This document shows positions 9,490 to 18,504 of a stretch of DNA of 64,000 nucleotides, in pieces; position 1 is the first letter of the stretch; each line of letters opens with the position of its first letter. A model generated the notes under the pieces. The model was not told the origin of the DNA. It made no database searches and worked only from the letters and a program-made list of their open reading frames with translations. The position numbers and the translations under genes are program-made. The DNA lies in NCBI GenBank assembly GCA_020633625.1, contig JACKDJ010000024.1, positions 2,660 to 66,659 on the forward strand, in the 5' to 3' direction. The stretch comes from Myxococcales bacterium (lineage in GTDB: Bacteria > Myxococcota_A > Bradymonadia > REDH01).

Positions 9490-9831
9490 CCCCTTACCGA
9501 CGGCAATCGGGAGTGGTCGGTCCGGCCGCTCCGCGCCTTACCGACGGTAGTCCGAGAGTAGTTCGACACTACCGTCGGGAAGTTCGAAACTACCGTCGGG
9601 AGGGCGCGTGGGAGGGCGCATGCGTCGCCTGCCGACGGCAATCTGGCAGCGGTCGGCCCGACCTCTCCGCACCTTACCGACGGTAGGCCGAGAGTAGTTC
9701 GACGCTACCTCTCCGCACCTTACCGACGGTAGGCCGAGAGTAGTTCAACACTACCGTCGGGAAGTTCGAAACTACCGTCGGGAAGTTCGAAACTACCGTC
9801 GGGAGGGTACCCTATTGGAGGGTACCCTACT
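9490..9831. repeat. composite intergenic array of direct and inverted repeats
   Basis: Five copies of C(T)TACCGACGG(TAG/CAA) and five copies of its reverse complement, ACTACCGTCGGGA. The 21-nt unit GGGAAGTTCGAAACTACCGTC occurs three times (9577, 9759, 9780). A 46-nt tandem duplication lies at 9663-9700 and 9709-9746. GGAGGGTACCCTAYT occurs twice at 9802-9831. Confidence 0.85.
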
Positions 9832-11944
9832 CCGCTGGATCCGCAGCCGCCGCCTCGTCCGCGACGCCCGCCGAGGTGTCGAGCGCTTCGGCGATGACCT
9901 CGGCGAGGTCGAAGGTGTTCATCTCGCTGTCGCGCTGCTTCAGGCCGTCTGACAGCATCGTCATGCAGAACGGGCAGTTCACGACGACGGCGTCGCCGCC
10001 TGCGGCGATCGCCATGTCGGCACGGTGCACGTTCACGCGCTTGCCCTGGTGCTCCTCCATCCACATCCGGCCGCCGCCGGCGCCGCAGCAGAGGGAGCGG
10101 CGCTGGTTCCACTCCATCTCTTGGACCGCGGCGCCAGGGACCTGTGCGAGGGCTGCCCGCGGGTTGGAGTAGTCGTTGTTCCAGCGGCCGATGTAGCAGG
10201 AGTCGTGGTACACGAGCTTGCGTGCGGGCTGCTGACGCAGGCGCAGGCGGCCGGCCGCCATCAGGTCGTTGAGCAGCTTCGTGTGGTGCACGGTCTCGTA
10301 GTCGCCGCCGAGCTGCGGGTACTCCTTGCCGATCGTGTGGAAGCAGTGGGGACAGGTCGTGATGACCTTCGTGACCTTGTACTTGTTGAGCGTCTCTACG
10401 TTCGCGGACGCGACGGTCCAGTAGAGGTACTCGTTGCCGATGCGGCGGGCGGGGTCGCCCGTGCACTGCTCCTCGGGTCCGAGGATGGCGAAGTCGACGT
10501 TCGCGGCGCGGAGCAGCTTCGCCATCGCGATGGTGACCCGCTTCTGGCGGTCGTCGAACGAGCCGGCGCACCCGACGAAGAAGAGGTACTCGGGGGTGCG
10601 GTCGAGCTCGGACATCAGCGGGATGTCGAGGCCTTCGGCCCAGTCCCCCCGCTTCGAGTTCGAGACGCCCCACGGGTTCGAGCTGTTCTCGATGTTGCGG
10701 AACGTGCGCGAGAGCTCGGCCGGGATCTCGGACTTGGTGAGCACGAGGTAGCGGCGCATGTCGACGATGGTGTCGACGTGCTCGATGAGGACGGGGCAGT
10801 TGGCGACGCAGGCGCCGCAGGTGGTGCACGCCATGAGCTCTTCGGCGGAGATGATGCCGCCGGCCAGCTCGGGGAACTCGACGCCGTCGCGCTTGAAGCG
10901 GTCGAGGCTGAAGTCGTTCTCGGCGAACGCCTCGCGGAGCTTTCCGACGAGCTCACCGGGGCGGAGCTGGTAGGCGCGCTTGCCCTTGTCTTTGATGTGA
11001 TCCTTGAGCTTGTGGATCACCATCATCGGGTTGAGTTCCTTGCCGGTGTTGAAGGCCGGGCAGTAGTGCTCGCAGCGTCCGCACTCGGTGCAGGCGTAGG
11101 TGTCGAGGAGCTGCTTCCACGTCAGGTCTTCGAGCGTACCGGCGCCGAACGACTCGACAGACTCGTCTTCGAGGTCGATCGGGTAGAGCGCGCCGCGCGG
11201 CTCGAGCTTTCGGAAGAAGACGTTGGGCATCGCGCCGAGCAGGTGCAGGTGCTTGCCCATCGGGATGTAGTTGGCGAGGAAGACGACCGTCACCACGTGG
11301 ATCAGGTAGTTCACGGTGTAGACGGTGTGGACACCGGCGCTGCCTGGGCTGCCGAACGGGCCACCGAACAGGTGCGACGCGAGCGCGGCGATCGGGGTCC
11401 ACGCGGGGCCCGCGGCGAGGTCGGCGGGCGATGCGGCGTGTGCGAGCTCCGCGCCGTGGGCGAGGAACTTCGTGACCATGAGCGTGCCGAGCGCGCCGAG
11501 GATGATGCCGGCGTCGAGCGACGGGAGGACGTGGTCGGGGCGGACGATGTAGCGTCGCACGGCGGCGATGCAGAGCGCGACGAGGACCAGGAAGCCGAAG
11601 ATGTCCTGCAGCAGCAGCACAGAAGCGTAGGGTCCGGCGCCGATGAACATCGACAGTCGGAAGTCGGGCACGAAGGCGCGGACGAAGTACTCGATCGTCT
11701 CGGCCTGCAGGATGAGGAAGCCCCAGAAGATGAAGAAGTGGAGCAGCCCGCCGAACTCTCGGATGACGCGCGCCTGGCCCAGGACGTAGTAGACGAAGCC
11801 CCGAACGCGCGGCGCGAGCGCCTCGATCGACGTGCGATCGTCGGTCGCTCCGACGGCGATGTAGCGGAACAGCCAGAAGACCGTCCAGCCGGCCATCGAG
11901 AAGCCGACGAGGAGCAGGAGGCCGACGAAGATCGAGAGTGCCAT
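9827..11944 (-). CDS. membrane-bound Fe-S oxidoreductase (NarI/DsrM-like TM domain fused to an HdrD/GlpC-like 2x[4Fe-4S] + 2xCCG module)
   Basis: The N-terminus has about 6 TM helices. Ferredoxin motifs CTECGRCEHYCP and CTTCGACVANCP are present. Cys-rich CCG motifs are present (FFVGCAGSFD, HDSCYIGR, CCGAGGGRMW). Confidence 0.85.
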   Translation of the reverse strand: MALSIFVGLLLLVGFSMAGWTVFWLFRYIAVGATDDRTSIEALAPRVRGFVYYVLGQARVIREFGGLLHFFIFWGFLILQAETIEYFVRAFVPDFRLSMFIGAGPYASVLLLQDIFGFLVLVALCIAAVRRYIVRPDHVLPSLDAGIILGALGTLMVTKFLAHGAELAHAASPADLAAGPAWTPIAALASHLFGGPFGSPGSAGVHTVYTVNYLIHVVTVVFLANYIPMGKHLHLLGAMPNVFFRKLEPRGALYPIDLEDESVESFGAGTLEDLTWKQLLDTYACTECGRCEHYCPAFNTGKELNPMMVIHKLKDHIKDKGKRAYQLRPGELVGKLREAFAENDFSLDRFKRDGVEFPELAGGIISAEELMACTTCGACVANCPVLIEHVDTIVDMRRYLVLTKSEIPAELSRTFRNIENSSNPWGVSNSKRGDWAEGLDIPLMSELDRTPEYLFFVGCAGSFDDRQKRVTIAMAKLLRAANVDFAILGPEEQCTGDPARRIGNEYLYWTVASANVETLNKYKVTKVITTCPHCFHTIGKEYPQLGGDYETVHHTKLLNDLMAAGRLRLRQQPARKLVYHDSCYIGRWNNDYSNPRAALAQVPGAAVQEMEWNQRRSLCCGAGGGRMWMEEHQGKRVNVHRADMAIAAGGDAVVVNCPFCMTMLSDGLKQRDSEMNTFDLAEVIAEALDTSAGVADEAAAADPAE

Positions 11945-12131
11945 GGTCTACGCGGGGCAGAGTGAGCCAGCGGGCGCCGTATAACGCGGCGCGCCGCAGA
12001 GAACAACGCGGGCGCGCGGGTGCGCTCGCGCTGGGCGCGAGCGGGACTGCGGCCGCGCGGGTGCGCTCGACTTGCGGCGCCGTCGCGCACCCCATACAAC
12101 GGTCCGAGGCCTTCCTCCCCCCAGGACTCCC

Positions 12132-13790
12132 ATGTCGGGACGCATCGTCGGAATCGACCTCGGCACCAGCAACACCGTCGTCTGCGCGGTCGTCGATGGC
12201 GAGGCGATCGTGATCCCCGACAATGAGGGCCAGAAGATCCAGCCGTCCGTCGTCTCGTTCTTGCCTGATGGTCGGACTATCGTCGGGCGCCAGGCGAAGA
12301 GTCGGATGGCGATCGACCCGCTCAACACGATCTACTCGGCGAAGCGACTCATCGGCCGCCCGTTCTACGCGCCGGAGATCAACCTCGCGATCTCGAAGTA
12401 CGCCTACCAGATCGTCCGTGGGTCGGACGACAACCCCAAGATCTTCCTGCGCGGGCGCCACTACTCGATCGAAGAGGTCCAGGCGATCGTGCTTCGGCAC
12501 GTGAAGAAGATCGCCGAGAACTACCTCGGCGAGCCGGTCACGCGCGCCGTCATCACGGTCCCGGCGAACTTCAACGAGGCACAGCGCGACGCGACGAAGA
12601 CGGCGGGGCAGCTCGCAGGGCTCGAGGTGCTGCGGATCTTGAACGAGCCGACCGCGGCCGCGCTCGCGTATGGCTATGACCAGCAGTACCGCGAGCGCAT
12701 CGCGGTCTACGACCTCGGCGGTGGGACGTTCGACATCACGATCCTTGAGCTCCGCGACAACGTCTTCGAGGTCCTCGCCACAGCCGGCGACACGTTCCTT
12801 GGTGGCGACGACTTCGACCACCGGGTCGCGCAGCTCATCGTCGACAGCTTCAAGACCGAGTTCGGCTACGACATGAACAGCGCTCCGGGCGCGATGCAGC
12901 GCCTGAAAGCGGTCGCCGAGCGCGTCAAGACGACGCTGAGCGATCAGCCGGTCGCGTCGGCGATGGTCAAGCAGATGGTCCCGGGCCACAACGGCCCGTC
13001 GACGCTGGACTTTCAGCTCACGCGTGAGCGGTTCGACCAAGCGTGCATGGACATCGTTCAGCAGACCTTCGTTGTCTGCGACGAGGCGCTCAAGCTCGCC
13101 GGGCTCACGTCGGCCGAAGTCGAGCGGCTCGTCCTCGTCGGCGGCTCGACGCGAATCCCGCTCGTCCGCGAGATGGTCGAGAACTACTTCTTCAAGCAGC
13201 CTCTGATCAACGTGAACCCCGACGAGGTCGTCGCGGTCGGCGCAGCAATCTACGGCTTTGGGCTCGAGGAGTCATACGAGCCCTCCGAGGACAGCGGCTA
13301 CGCGCCGCTGACGTCGGGCGACTACAGCCGCGTCAGCGGAACCCAATCGCACGCGTCCGCGCCACAAGGCCGCGCTCCGCTGCTGATCGACGTGACCCCG
13401 CACGCCCTTGGAGTCGCGACGGTCGGCGGATACGTAGACGTCATCATCTCGCGAAACGCGTCCATCCCGACGCGCATGACCCGAAGCTTCGCGACGTCGG
13501 TCGACAACCAGGAAGTCGTTCGGCTCAACATCCTCGAGGGTGAGTCTCGCGTCGCCGCCGAGAACCGCCTGCTCGGCGAGCTGGTGCTCTTCGACATTCG
13601 GCCGGCGAAGCGCGGCGAGGTTCGCATCGACGTCAGCTTCGAGATCAACGCCGACGGCATGCTGAACGTGACGGCACGGGACACCGTGACGAACCAGATC
13701 CAGCAGACGCGGCTGTCGCTCGCCGGCGGCCTCTCGGCGGCGCAGGTCAGCGAGATGATGCAGCACGACCTCCCCGCGTCGGCGTTCTGA
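12132..13790 (+). CDS. Hsp70-family chaperone, short HscC-like form lacking the C-terminal helical lid
   Basis: IVGIDLGTSNTVV, DLGGGTFDITIL, LVGGSTRIPLV and NPDEVVAVGAAI are present, followed by an SBD-beta (LIDVTPHALGV). 552 aa. An insertion of about 45 aa sits in the interdomain linker. ATG at 12132. Confidence 0.85.
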   Translation: MSGRIVGIDLGTSNTVVCAVVDGEAIVIPDNEGQKIQPSVVSFLPDGRTIVGRQAKSRMAIDPLNTIYSAKRLIGRPFYAPEINLAISKYAYQIVRGSDDNPKIFLRGRHYSIEEVQAIVLRHVKKIAENYLGEPVTRAVITVPANFNEAQRDATKTAGQLAGLEVLRILNEPTAAALAYGYDQQYRERIAVYDLGGGTFDITILELRDNVFEVLATAGDTFLGGDDFDHRVAQLIVDSFKTEFGYDMNSAPGAMQRLKAVAERVKTTLSDQPVASAMVKQMVPGHNGPSTLDFQLTRERFDQACMDIVQQTFVVCDEALKLAGLTSAEVERLVLVGGSTRIPLVREMVENYFFKQPLINVNPDEVVAVGAAIYGFGLEESYEPSEDSGYAPLTSGDYSRVSGTQSHASAPQGRAPLLIDVTPHALGVATVGGYVDVIISRNASIPTRMTRSFATSVDNQEVVRLNILEGESRVAAENRLLGELVLFDIRPAKRGEVRIDVSFEINADGMLNVTARDTVTNQIQQTRLSLAGGLSAAQVSEMMQHDLPASAF

Positions 13791-13791
13791 C

Positions 13792-14640
13792 GTGGCAAAC
13801 CCGCTCCGAGCCTTCGTGGTCGCGCCGTCGCCGCAGATGATCGAAGCGGTGATCGCGCCGCTCCTCGGCGCCGGCTTCGCGGCCAGCGGCGCCGTCGACC
13901 CACGCGAGATCAAGGCGTTCTCGGCAGGCGCGCGCGTCGACGCGCTGCTGGTGACCGAGAACTTTCCGCGGCCGAGCCCGGCGCAGCTCGCGACCGCGCT
14001 GCGCGGCGCGCTGCCCAACGCCGCGATGATCCTCGTGACGCGCGAGGTCGTGGCCGCCCCGGGCGACCCGTTCCACGGCGCCCTCAAGTTCCCGGTGCCG
14101 GACAAGGTCTTCGTGAGCAGCGTTGCGCGGCTGATCCGTGCCGCGCGCCCGTCGTCGACCGACTTCCGGGGTGTTCAGGCCGACATCGAGGTGATGTCGC
14201 TCCGCCTCGACGACAAGTCGCACTACGAGATTCTCGGAGTCGCTCCGGACGCGTCGATCGACGACGTGACCGCTGCGTACGACAGGCTGAGCCTGGCGTA
14301 TCACCCCGACCGGCTACGGGCGCTCGACGAGGCGTCGCGCGAGAAGGCGCTCGCGCTCTACCTCCGGATCGGCGCTGCGTATCGCGTGCTGCGGAGCCCG
14401 AACGACCGGATGCGGTACGACGCTGGCGTCGAGGCCCCGCCGACCTCCGAGGCGGGACCGCAGACGTACGCAGACATGAGCCGCGTGCCAACCGCTCGGA
14501 AGTACCTGGACCTCGCACAGAAGGCCGAGATCGCCGGAAACCGCGCGATGGCGCTCGCACACTTGCGCTTCGCGGCAACGCAGGACCCCGACAACCAGCT
14601 CGTACAGCGCAAGCTCGACGAGCTCGCCGCCGCGCCGTGA
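13792..14640 (+). CDS. J-domain co-chaperone with N-terminal receiver-like (pseudo-receiver) domain
   Basis: J domain HYEILGV...AYDRLSLAYHPDR (HPD motif). The N-terminal roughly 110 aa look CheY-like, but the acidic pocket is replaced (FVVAPSP; LLVTENFP). GTG start lies 1 nt after the Hsp70 stop. Confidence 0.7.
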   Translation: MANPLRAFVVAPSPQMIEAVIAPLLGAGFAASGAVDPREIKAFSAGARVDALLVTENFPRPSPAQLATALRGALPNAAMILVTREVVAAPGDPFHGALKFPVPDKVFVSSVARLIRAARPSSTDFRGVQADIEVMSLRLDDKSHYEILGVAPDASIDDVTAAYDRLSLAYHPDRLRALDEASREKALALYLRIGAAYRVLRSPNDRMRYDAGVEAPPTSEAGPQTYADMSRVPTARKYLDLAQKAEIAGNRAMALAHLRFAATQDPDNQLVQRKLDELAAAP

Positions 14641-15482
14641 GCGACCGCGCGCCGTCCGATCTCGCCAAGCGCTTGGTGACCGCCGCGGTCGGCGTACCCG
14701 CGCTGTTCGCGATCGCGTTCCTCGCACCGAACTGGGCGGTCTGGGCGCTGTACTGGGTGGCTGGGACGCTGGGAGCCTGGGAGCTCGCGCGAATGACGGG
14801 CGGCGGTGCCCCCGGACCCGGCGGCTGGGCGGCGGTCGCCGCCGTCGCGCTGACCCTTGCGGCCCTGTACTGGGCCCCAACAGAGTCCCTGCTCGCGACC
14901 GTGGCCGTAGCGACGCTGGCGACGCTCGTCGTCGTGGTCTGGACCTCACCGATCGACGAGGTCGCCGCGCGCGCGGGCAGCGCCTTTCTAACGATCGGGT
15001 ACGCGACGCCGCTGTTCGGCGCGCTCGTGCTGACAGCCGGGGCGACGGGGGACGCTCGCTTCAGCGTCGCCGCGTCGCAAGCGGGCTGGGTGCTCTACCC
15101 GATGGCGGTCATCTGGTCGGGCGACACCGGGGCGTACTTCGCCGGCCGCGCTTTCGGCAGGCACAAGCTGGCCCCGACGCTGTCCCCGAAGAAGACCTGG
15201 GAAGGAGCGATCGGCGGGCTCCTCGCTTCTACCCTCGGCGGACTGGCGTTCGGCGAATGGCTGCTGCCAGAGCTCGGCCCGGTCCGCGCGGCGATCATCG
15301 CGATACCAGCGGCCGCGATCGGCCAGGCCGGAGACCTCGTCGAGTCGGCGATCAAGCGCGCCACGGGAGTAAAGGACTCGAGCGCCTTGCTGTACGGGCA
15401 CGGCGGAGTGCTCGACAGAGTCGACGCGCTCGTGTTCGCTGCGCCGTGCTTCGCGATCGCGAAGTGGGCACTCGGACTCTGA
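14637..15482 (+). CDS. cdsA: phosphatidate cytidylyltransferase
   Basis: SGDTGAYFAGRAFGRHKL, SPKKTWEGAIGG, GDLVESAIKR and GHGGVLDRVD are present. GTGA overlap with the upstream stop. Confidence 0.85.
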   Translation: MSDRAPSDLAKRLVTAAVGVPALFAIAFLAPNWAVWALYWVAGTLGAWELARMTGGGAPGPGGWAAVAAVALTLAALYWAPTESLLATVAVATLATLVVVVWTSPIDEVAARAGSAFLTIGYATPLFGALVLTAGATGDARFSVAASQAGWVLYPMAVIWSGDTGAYFAGRAFGRHKLAPTLSPKKTWEGAIGGLLASTLGGLAFGEWLLPELGPVRAAIIAIPAAAIGQAGDLVESAIKRATGVKDSSALLYGHGGVLDRVDALVFAAPCFAIAKWALGL

Positions 15483-15494
15483 GGCGGCGCGCTG

Positions 15495-17120
15495 ATGTCG
15501 TTGGTCTGGTTTCTGCTGATGATCGGCCCGCTCGTGTTCTTTCACGAGCTCGGTCACTTCGTCGCCGCGCGGTACTTCGGGGTGCGCTGCGAACAGTTCG
15601 CGATCGGCGTCGGCCCGGTGGTCGCCAGCATCACGCGCGCCGGCACGGAGTTCTCGATCCGCGCGCTCCCGCTGGGCGGCTACGTCCGCATGCTCGGCGC
15701 CTCCCCCGAGGACGTCACAGAGGACGACGGCTCGAAGGACGCGCTCACCGACAAGCCCGTCTGGCAGCGGATGGTGATCTACCTCGCCGGGCCCGCCGCC
15801 AACATCGTCCTGGCTGTCCCCCTGCTCTGGCTCTTCTTCGTGAGCAAGGGCGAGCTCGCCGGCGCGGAGGTCGGCACCGTGCTCGACGGCACGCCCGCGG
15901 CGGCCGCCGGCTTCACGCCGGGTGACCGGATCGTAGCGATCGACGGGGATCCGGTGCGCTACTTCGATGACATCGTCGCGGCGGTCGCGTCGTCTGGCGG
16001 ACGGCAGCTCACTTTCGAGATCGAGCGCGACGGACAGCGCGTCTCGCTCGCGGCAACTCCCGAGGCCGTGGCACAGGGGCGAGCGCCCGGCTTCCAACTC
16101 GGTCTCGTCTGGTCCCGTTACGCGTCGATCATCGACGTCGACTCCGCGGGCCCGGCGTTCGCCGCGGGACTGCGAACGTTCGACCGCGTCGTCTCTGTCG
16201 ACGGTCAGCCCGTGGATGCCTGGATCGACCTCCGTGACGCAGTGCACGCGGCAGCCGCGACGACCGTTCGGTTGGGCCTTCGGCGCCCGATCCGTGTCGA
16301 GGGCACGTTCGCGTCTGCCTTCGTCGAGGAGTGGGTCGAAGTTGTCGTTCCGGTCGCCGCGTTCGACTCCGTCCGAGCGGCCGAAGCCACGGTCTTCGAC
16401 GTGGAGCCGGGCTCGCCCGCAGCGATGGCTGGGCTCCGGCGCGGAGACCGTGTGCTGGCAGCGGACGGCCGCCCCGTGACGTCGCTCGAGATCCTCGACC
16501 AGCGCCTCGAGAACGCAGGGGGGGTCGCGCACGCGCTCCGGATACAGCGTGACGGCGAGGAGCTCGACGTCAGTCTGACCCCGCTGACGCTCGAAGTGAC
16601 CGGCGACATGCGCAGCCTCACCGAGCAGACGTTCGTCGGGCTGATCACCGCACCCGACGACCGTGTCCCGTTCGACCTCGTCCGCGTCCCGCCCGGTCGG
16701 CGCGTGCTCCGCGCGACGTCGGCGGCGTTTCTCGAGACGCTCGGACTGATCGCGTCGATCGCGGGTGGCCTGTTCATGATGGTCACGGGCGCGGTGGACT
16801 CGTCGAACCTCGGCGGTCCGATGATGATCGCGGAGGTCGCCAGCCGCGCGGGCGCGCAGGGGATCATGACGTTTACGCGCTTCATGGCGCTGATCAGCGT
16901 CAACCTCGCCGTTCTGAACCTGGCGCCCATCCCGGGTCTCGATGGTGGCCACCTGCTGCTGCTCACTGCGGAGGGGATCCGCCGCGAGCCCCTGTCGATG
17001 CGCGCGCGAAACCTCGCCGCCTACGTTGGGCTGGTCTGCTTGGTCCTGCTGATGCTCTTCGCGTTCAAGAACGACATCGAGCGCTACTGGGCCGACATCG
17101 CGCTCTGGGTAAACGGGTGA
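15495..17120 (+). CDS. rseP: RIP site-2 metalloprotease RseP with PDZ domains
   Basis: HELGHF zinc motif at the N-terminus, PDZ-like segments (GTPAAAAGFTPGDRIVAIDG; GSPAAMAGLRRGDRVLAADG) and C-terminal NLAPIPGLDGGH. Confidence 0.9.
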   Translation: MSLVWFLLMIGPLVFFHELGHFVAARYFGVRCEQFAIGVGPVVASITRAGTEFSIRALPLGGYVRMLGASPEDVTEDDGSKDALTDKPVWQRMVIYLAGPAANIVLAVPLLWLFFVSKGELAGAEVGTVLDGTPAAAAGFTPGDRIVAIDGDPVRYFDDIVAAVASSGGRQLTFEIERDGQRVSLAATPEAVAQGRAPGFQLGLVWSRYASIIDVDSAGPAFAAGLRTFDRVVSVDGQPVDAWIDLRDAVHAAAATTVRLGLRRPIRVEGTFASAFVEEWVEVVVPVAAFDSVRAAEATVFDVEPGSPAAMAGLRRGDRVLAADGRPVTSLEILDQRLENAGGVAHALRIQRDGEELDVSLTPLTLEVTGDMRSLTEQTFVGLITAPDDRVPFDLVRVPPGRRVLRATSAAFLETLGLIASIAGGLFMMVTGAVDSSNLGGPMMIAEVASRAGAQGIMTFTRFMALISVNLAVLNLAPIPGLDGGHLLLLTAEGIRREPLSMRARNLAAYVGLVCLVLLMLFAFKNDIERYWADIALWVNG

Positions 17121-17824
17121 GGGTCCTCTCGATCGAGACCTCCACGCTCTGTCAGTCTGTCGCGGCGTGTGTCGGGGATGGGGAGATCCTCGAGCGGACC
17201 GACGTGGCCGGCGCCCCGCGGCGCGGGCACTCGCGCGACCTCGCCGCGTCGGTGCGGAGCCTGCTCGACGAGCTCCGCGTCTCACCGCTCGAGCTCGACC
17301 GAATCATCGTGGGCACGGGTCCCGGCAGCTTCACGGGCCTCCGCGTGGGGCTAGCGCTGGCGAAAGGCATCGCCTTTGGCGGCCACGCCAAGCTCGTGCC
17401 GACGCTGGCGCCGGCCGCCACCGCGTTCGCGCTCGAGCCAGAGCAGCGCCTGCTCTGGGCGATGAACGCCTATCGTGGGCTGATCTACGCAGCAGGGATC
17501 CGCGGCAGGACCGGAGCGCCAATCCTGGAGCTCGGCGCTTACACGCCAGAGACGCTGATGTCGGCGGTACACAGTGCCGGCAGCGAGCGCTGGCAGCTCG
17601 CAGGAGATGCCGTCGAGGCCTATCCGGAGCTCGGTCGTGAGCTCGACGGCTACGTCGTGCCACGTCCAGACCTTCAGGTGCCTTCGGCACGTGTCGCGCT
17701 GGCACGGTGGCGGGCGTTCGGGGACGACGCCGTCGAGCCCGACGCGGTCGAACCGTTCTACATTCGACGATCGGCCGCCGAAGAGGCGAAGGAGCGACAG
17801 AGCAGCGCCGGTCCCCCGGCGTAG
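17117..17824 (+). CDS. tsaB: tRNA t6A37 biosynthesis protein TsaB (YeaZ)
   Basis: MRVLSIETST... followed by GTGPGSFTGLRVGLALAKG. GTGA overlap with the rseP stop. Confidence 0.8.
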   Translation: MRVLSIETSTLCQSVAACVGDGEILERTDVAGAPRRGHSRDLAASVRSLLDELRVSPLELDRIIVGTGPGSFTGLRVGLALAKGIAFGGHAKLVPTLAPAATAFALEPEQRLLWAMNAYRGLIYAAGIRGRTGAPILELGAYTPETLMSAVHSAGSERWQLAGDAVEAYPELGRELDGYVVPRPDLQVPSARVALARWRAFGDDAVEPDAVEPFYIRRSAAEEAKERQSSAGPPA

Positions 17825-17829
17825 CACGG

Positions 17830-18327
17830 CTAGATGTCGATCTGGATTGTGGCGGTAGCCGCGACCGTCAGGCCGCCCTCCGGGAGCCCGCCGGACCATG
17901 TGTTGGTCTCGAGCGCGAACGAAAATGTGACGCGCGAGTCGTCGCTCGCGAAGCGGCGCAGGTCGTCCGTGTAGATGACGTCGAACGGGACCACCCGATC
18001 TCCGGGGAGGAAGCCCTCGGCCCGCCCAACGAGCACCGACACTTCGGGGGACGCGGGGTCAACGACGAGCACGTCTACCCTGTGCAGGTACGAGAGGTCG
18101 GCGTCGACTGGTGAAAGAAGCTGAAGGCGGGCGTCGCTGAAGTACACGCCGCGTGCGTCTCGCGGGTCATGGCTGAACCGGAAGCGCTTGCGCACCTCGA
18201 CGATCTGGCCTGGCGACGTCGCGAGGTCGATCGTGACCTCTGTCGAGATCTCGTCCGAGACCGAGTCGCCGATGCAGCCTTGCAAAACAACGGCCGCTAC
18301 GAGCGCGGCGGGGAGGGACAGCCTCAA
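17830..18327 (-). CDS. hypothetical lipoprotein
   Basis: Signal peptide plus lipobox (AAVVLQGC), then 165 aa of beta-rich sequence. TTG start. Confidence 0.55.
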   Translation of the reverse strand: MRLSLPAALVAAVVLQGCIGDSVSDEISTEVTIDLATSPGQIVEVRKRFRFSHDPRDARGVYFSDARLQLLSPVDADLSYLHRVDVLVVDPASPEVSVLVGRAEGFLPGDRVVPFDVIYTDDLRRFASDDSRVTFSFALETNTWSGGLPEGGLTVAATATIQIDI

Positions 18328-18443
18328 GCGGACCTCGTCGTCGAAACGGCCGGTGTGGGCGCGAAAGCGCTGACGGCCTTGGCGTGACTCTGCCGAACCT
18401 GCGCAGTGGATGCAAGGGGCGACGTCGCGCGGGCCGCGCCGCG

Positions 18444-18471
18444 TTGACTCGACGCCGGTTCCGCGTACAGT
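18444..18471 (+). promoter_or_regulatory. candidate sigma70-type promoter for the 18505 gene
   Basis: TTGACT-N16-TACAGT lies about 35 nt upstream of an AGGAG RBS and ATG 18505. This is pattern match only. Confidence 0.3.
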
Positions 18472-18504
18472 GCGCCGCGAACTTGTGACCGACAGGAGCG
18501 CAAT

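Noticed and set aside
9490-9831. A possible CRISPR array, given the many short repeats.
   Set aside because: The repeats are of several types, and are partly inverted and partly tandem. There are no unique spacers of regular length and no cas genes. ORFs crossing the array (9375..9686, and the 5' end of 9720..10829) translate to YRR/PSG-type repeats and are not credible.
10025-11965. 646-aa plus-strand ORF, and the 695-aa minus-strand ORF 10953..13040.
   Set aside because: Both overlap the Fe-S oxidoreductase and Hsp70 genes in antisense or off-frame register. They are Arg/Asp/Glu/Val-rich with no recognisable domain.
14988-17285. 765-aa minus-strand ORF.
   Set aside because: It lies antisense to cdsA and rseP, which carry clear catalytic motifs. 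It has Arg/Asp/Glu-rich shadow composition.
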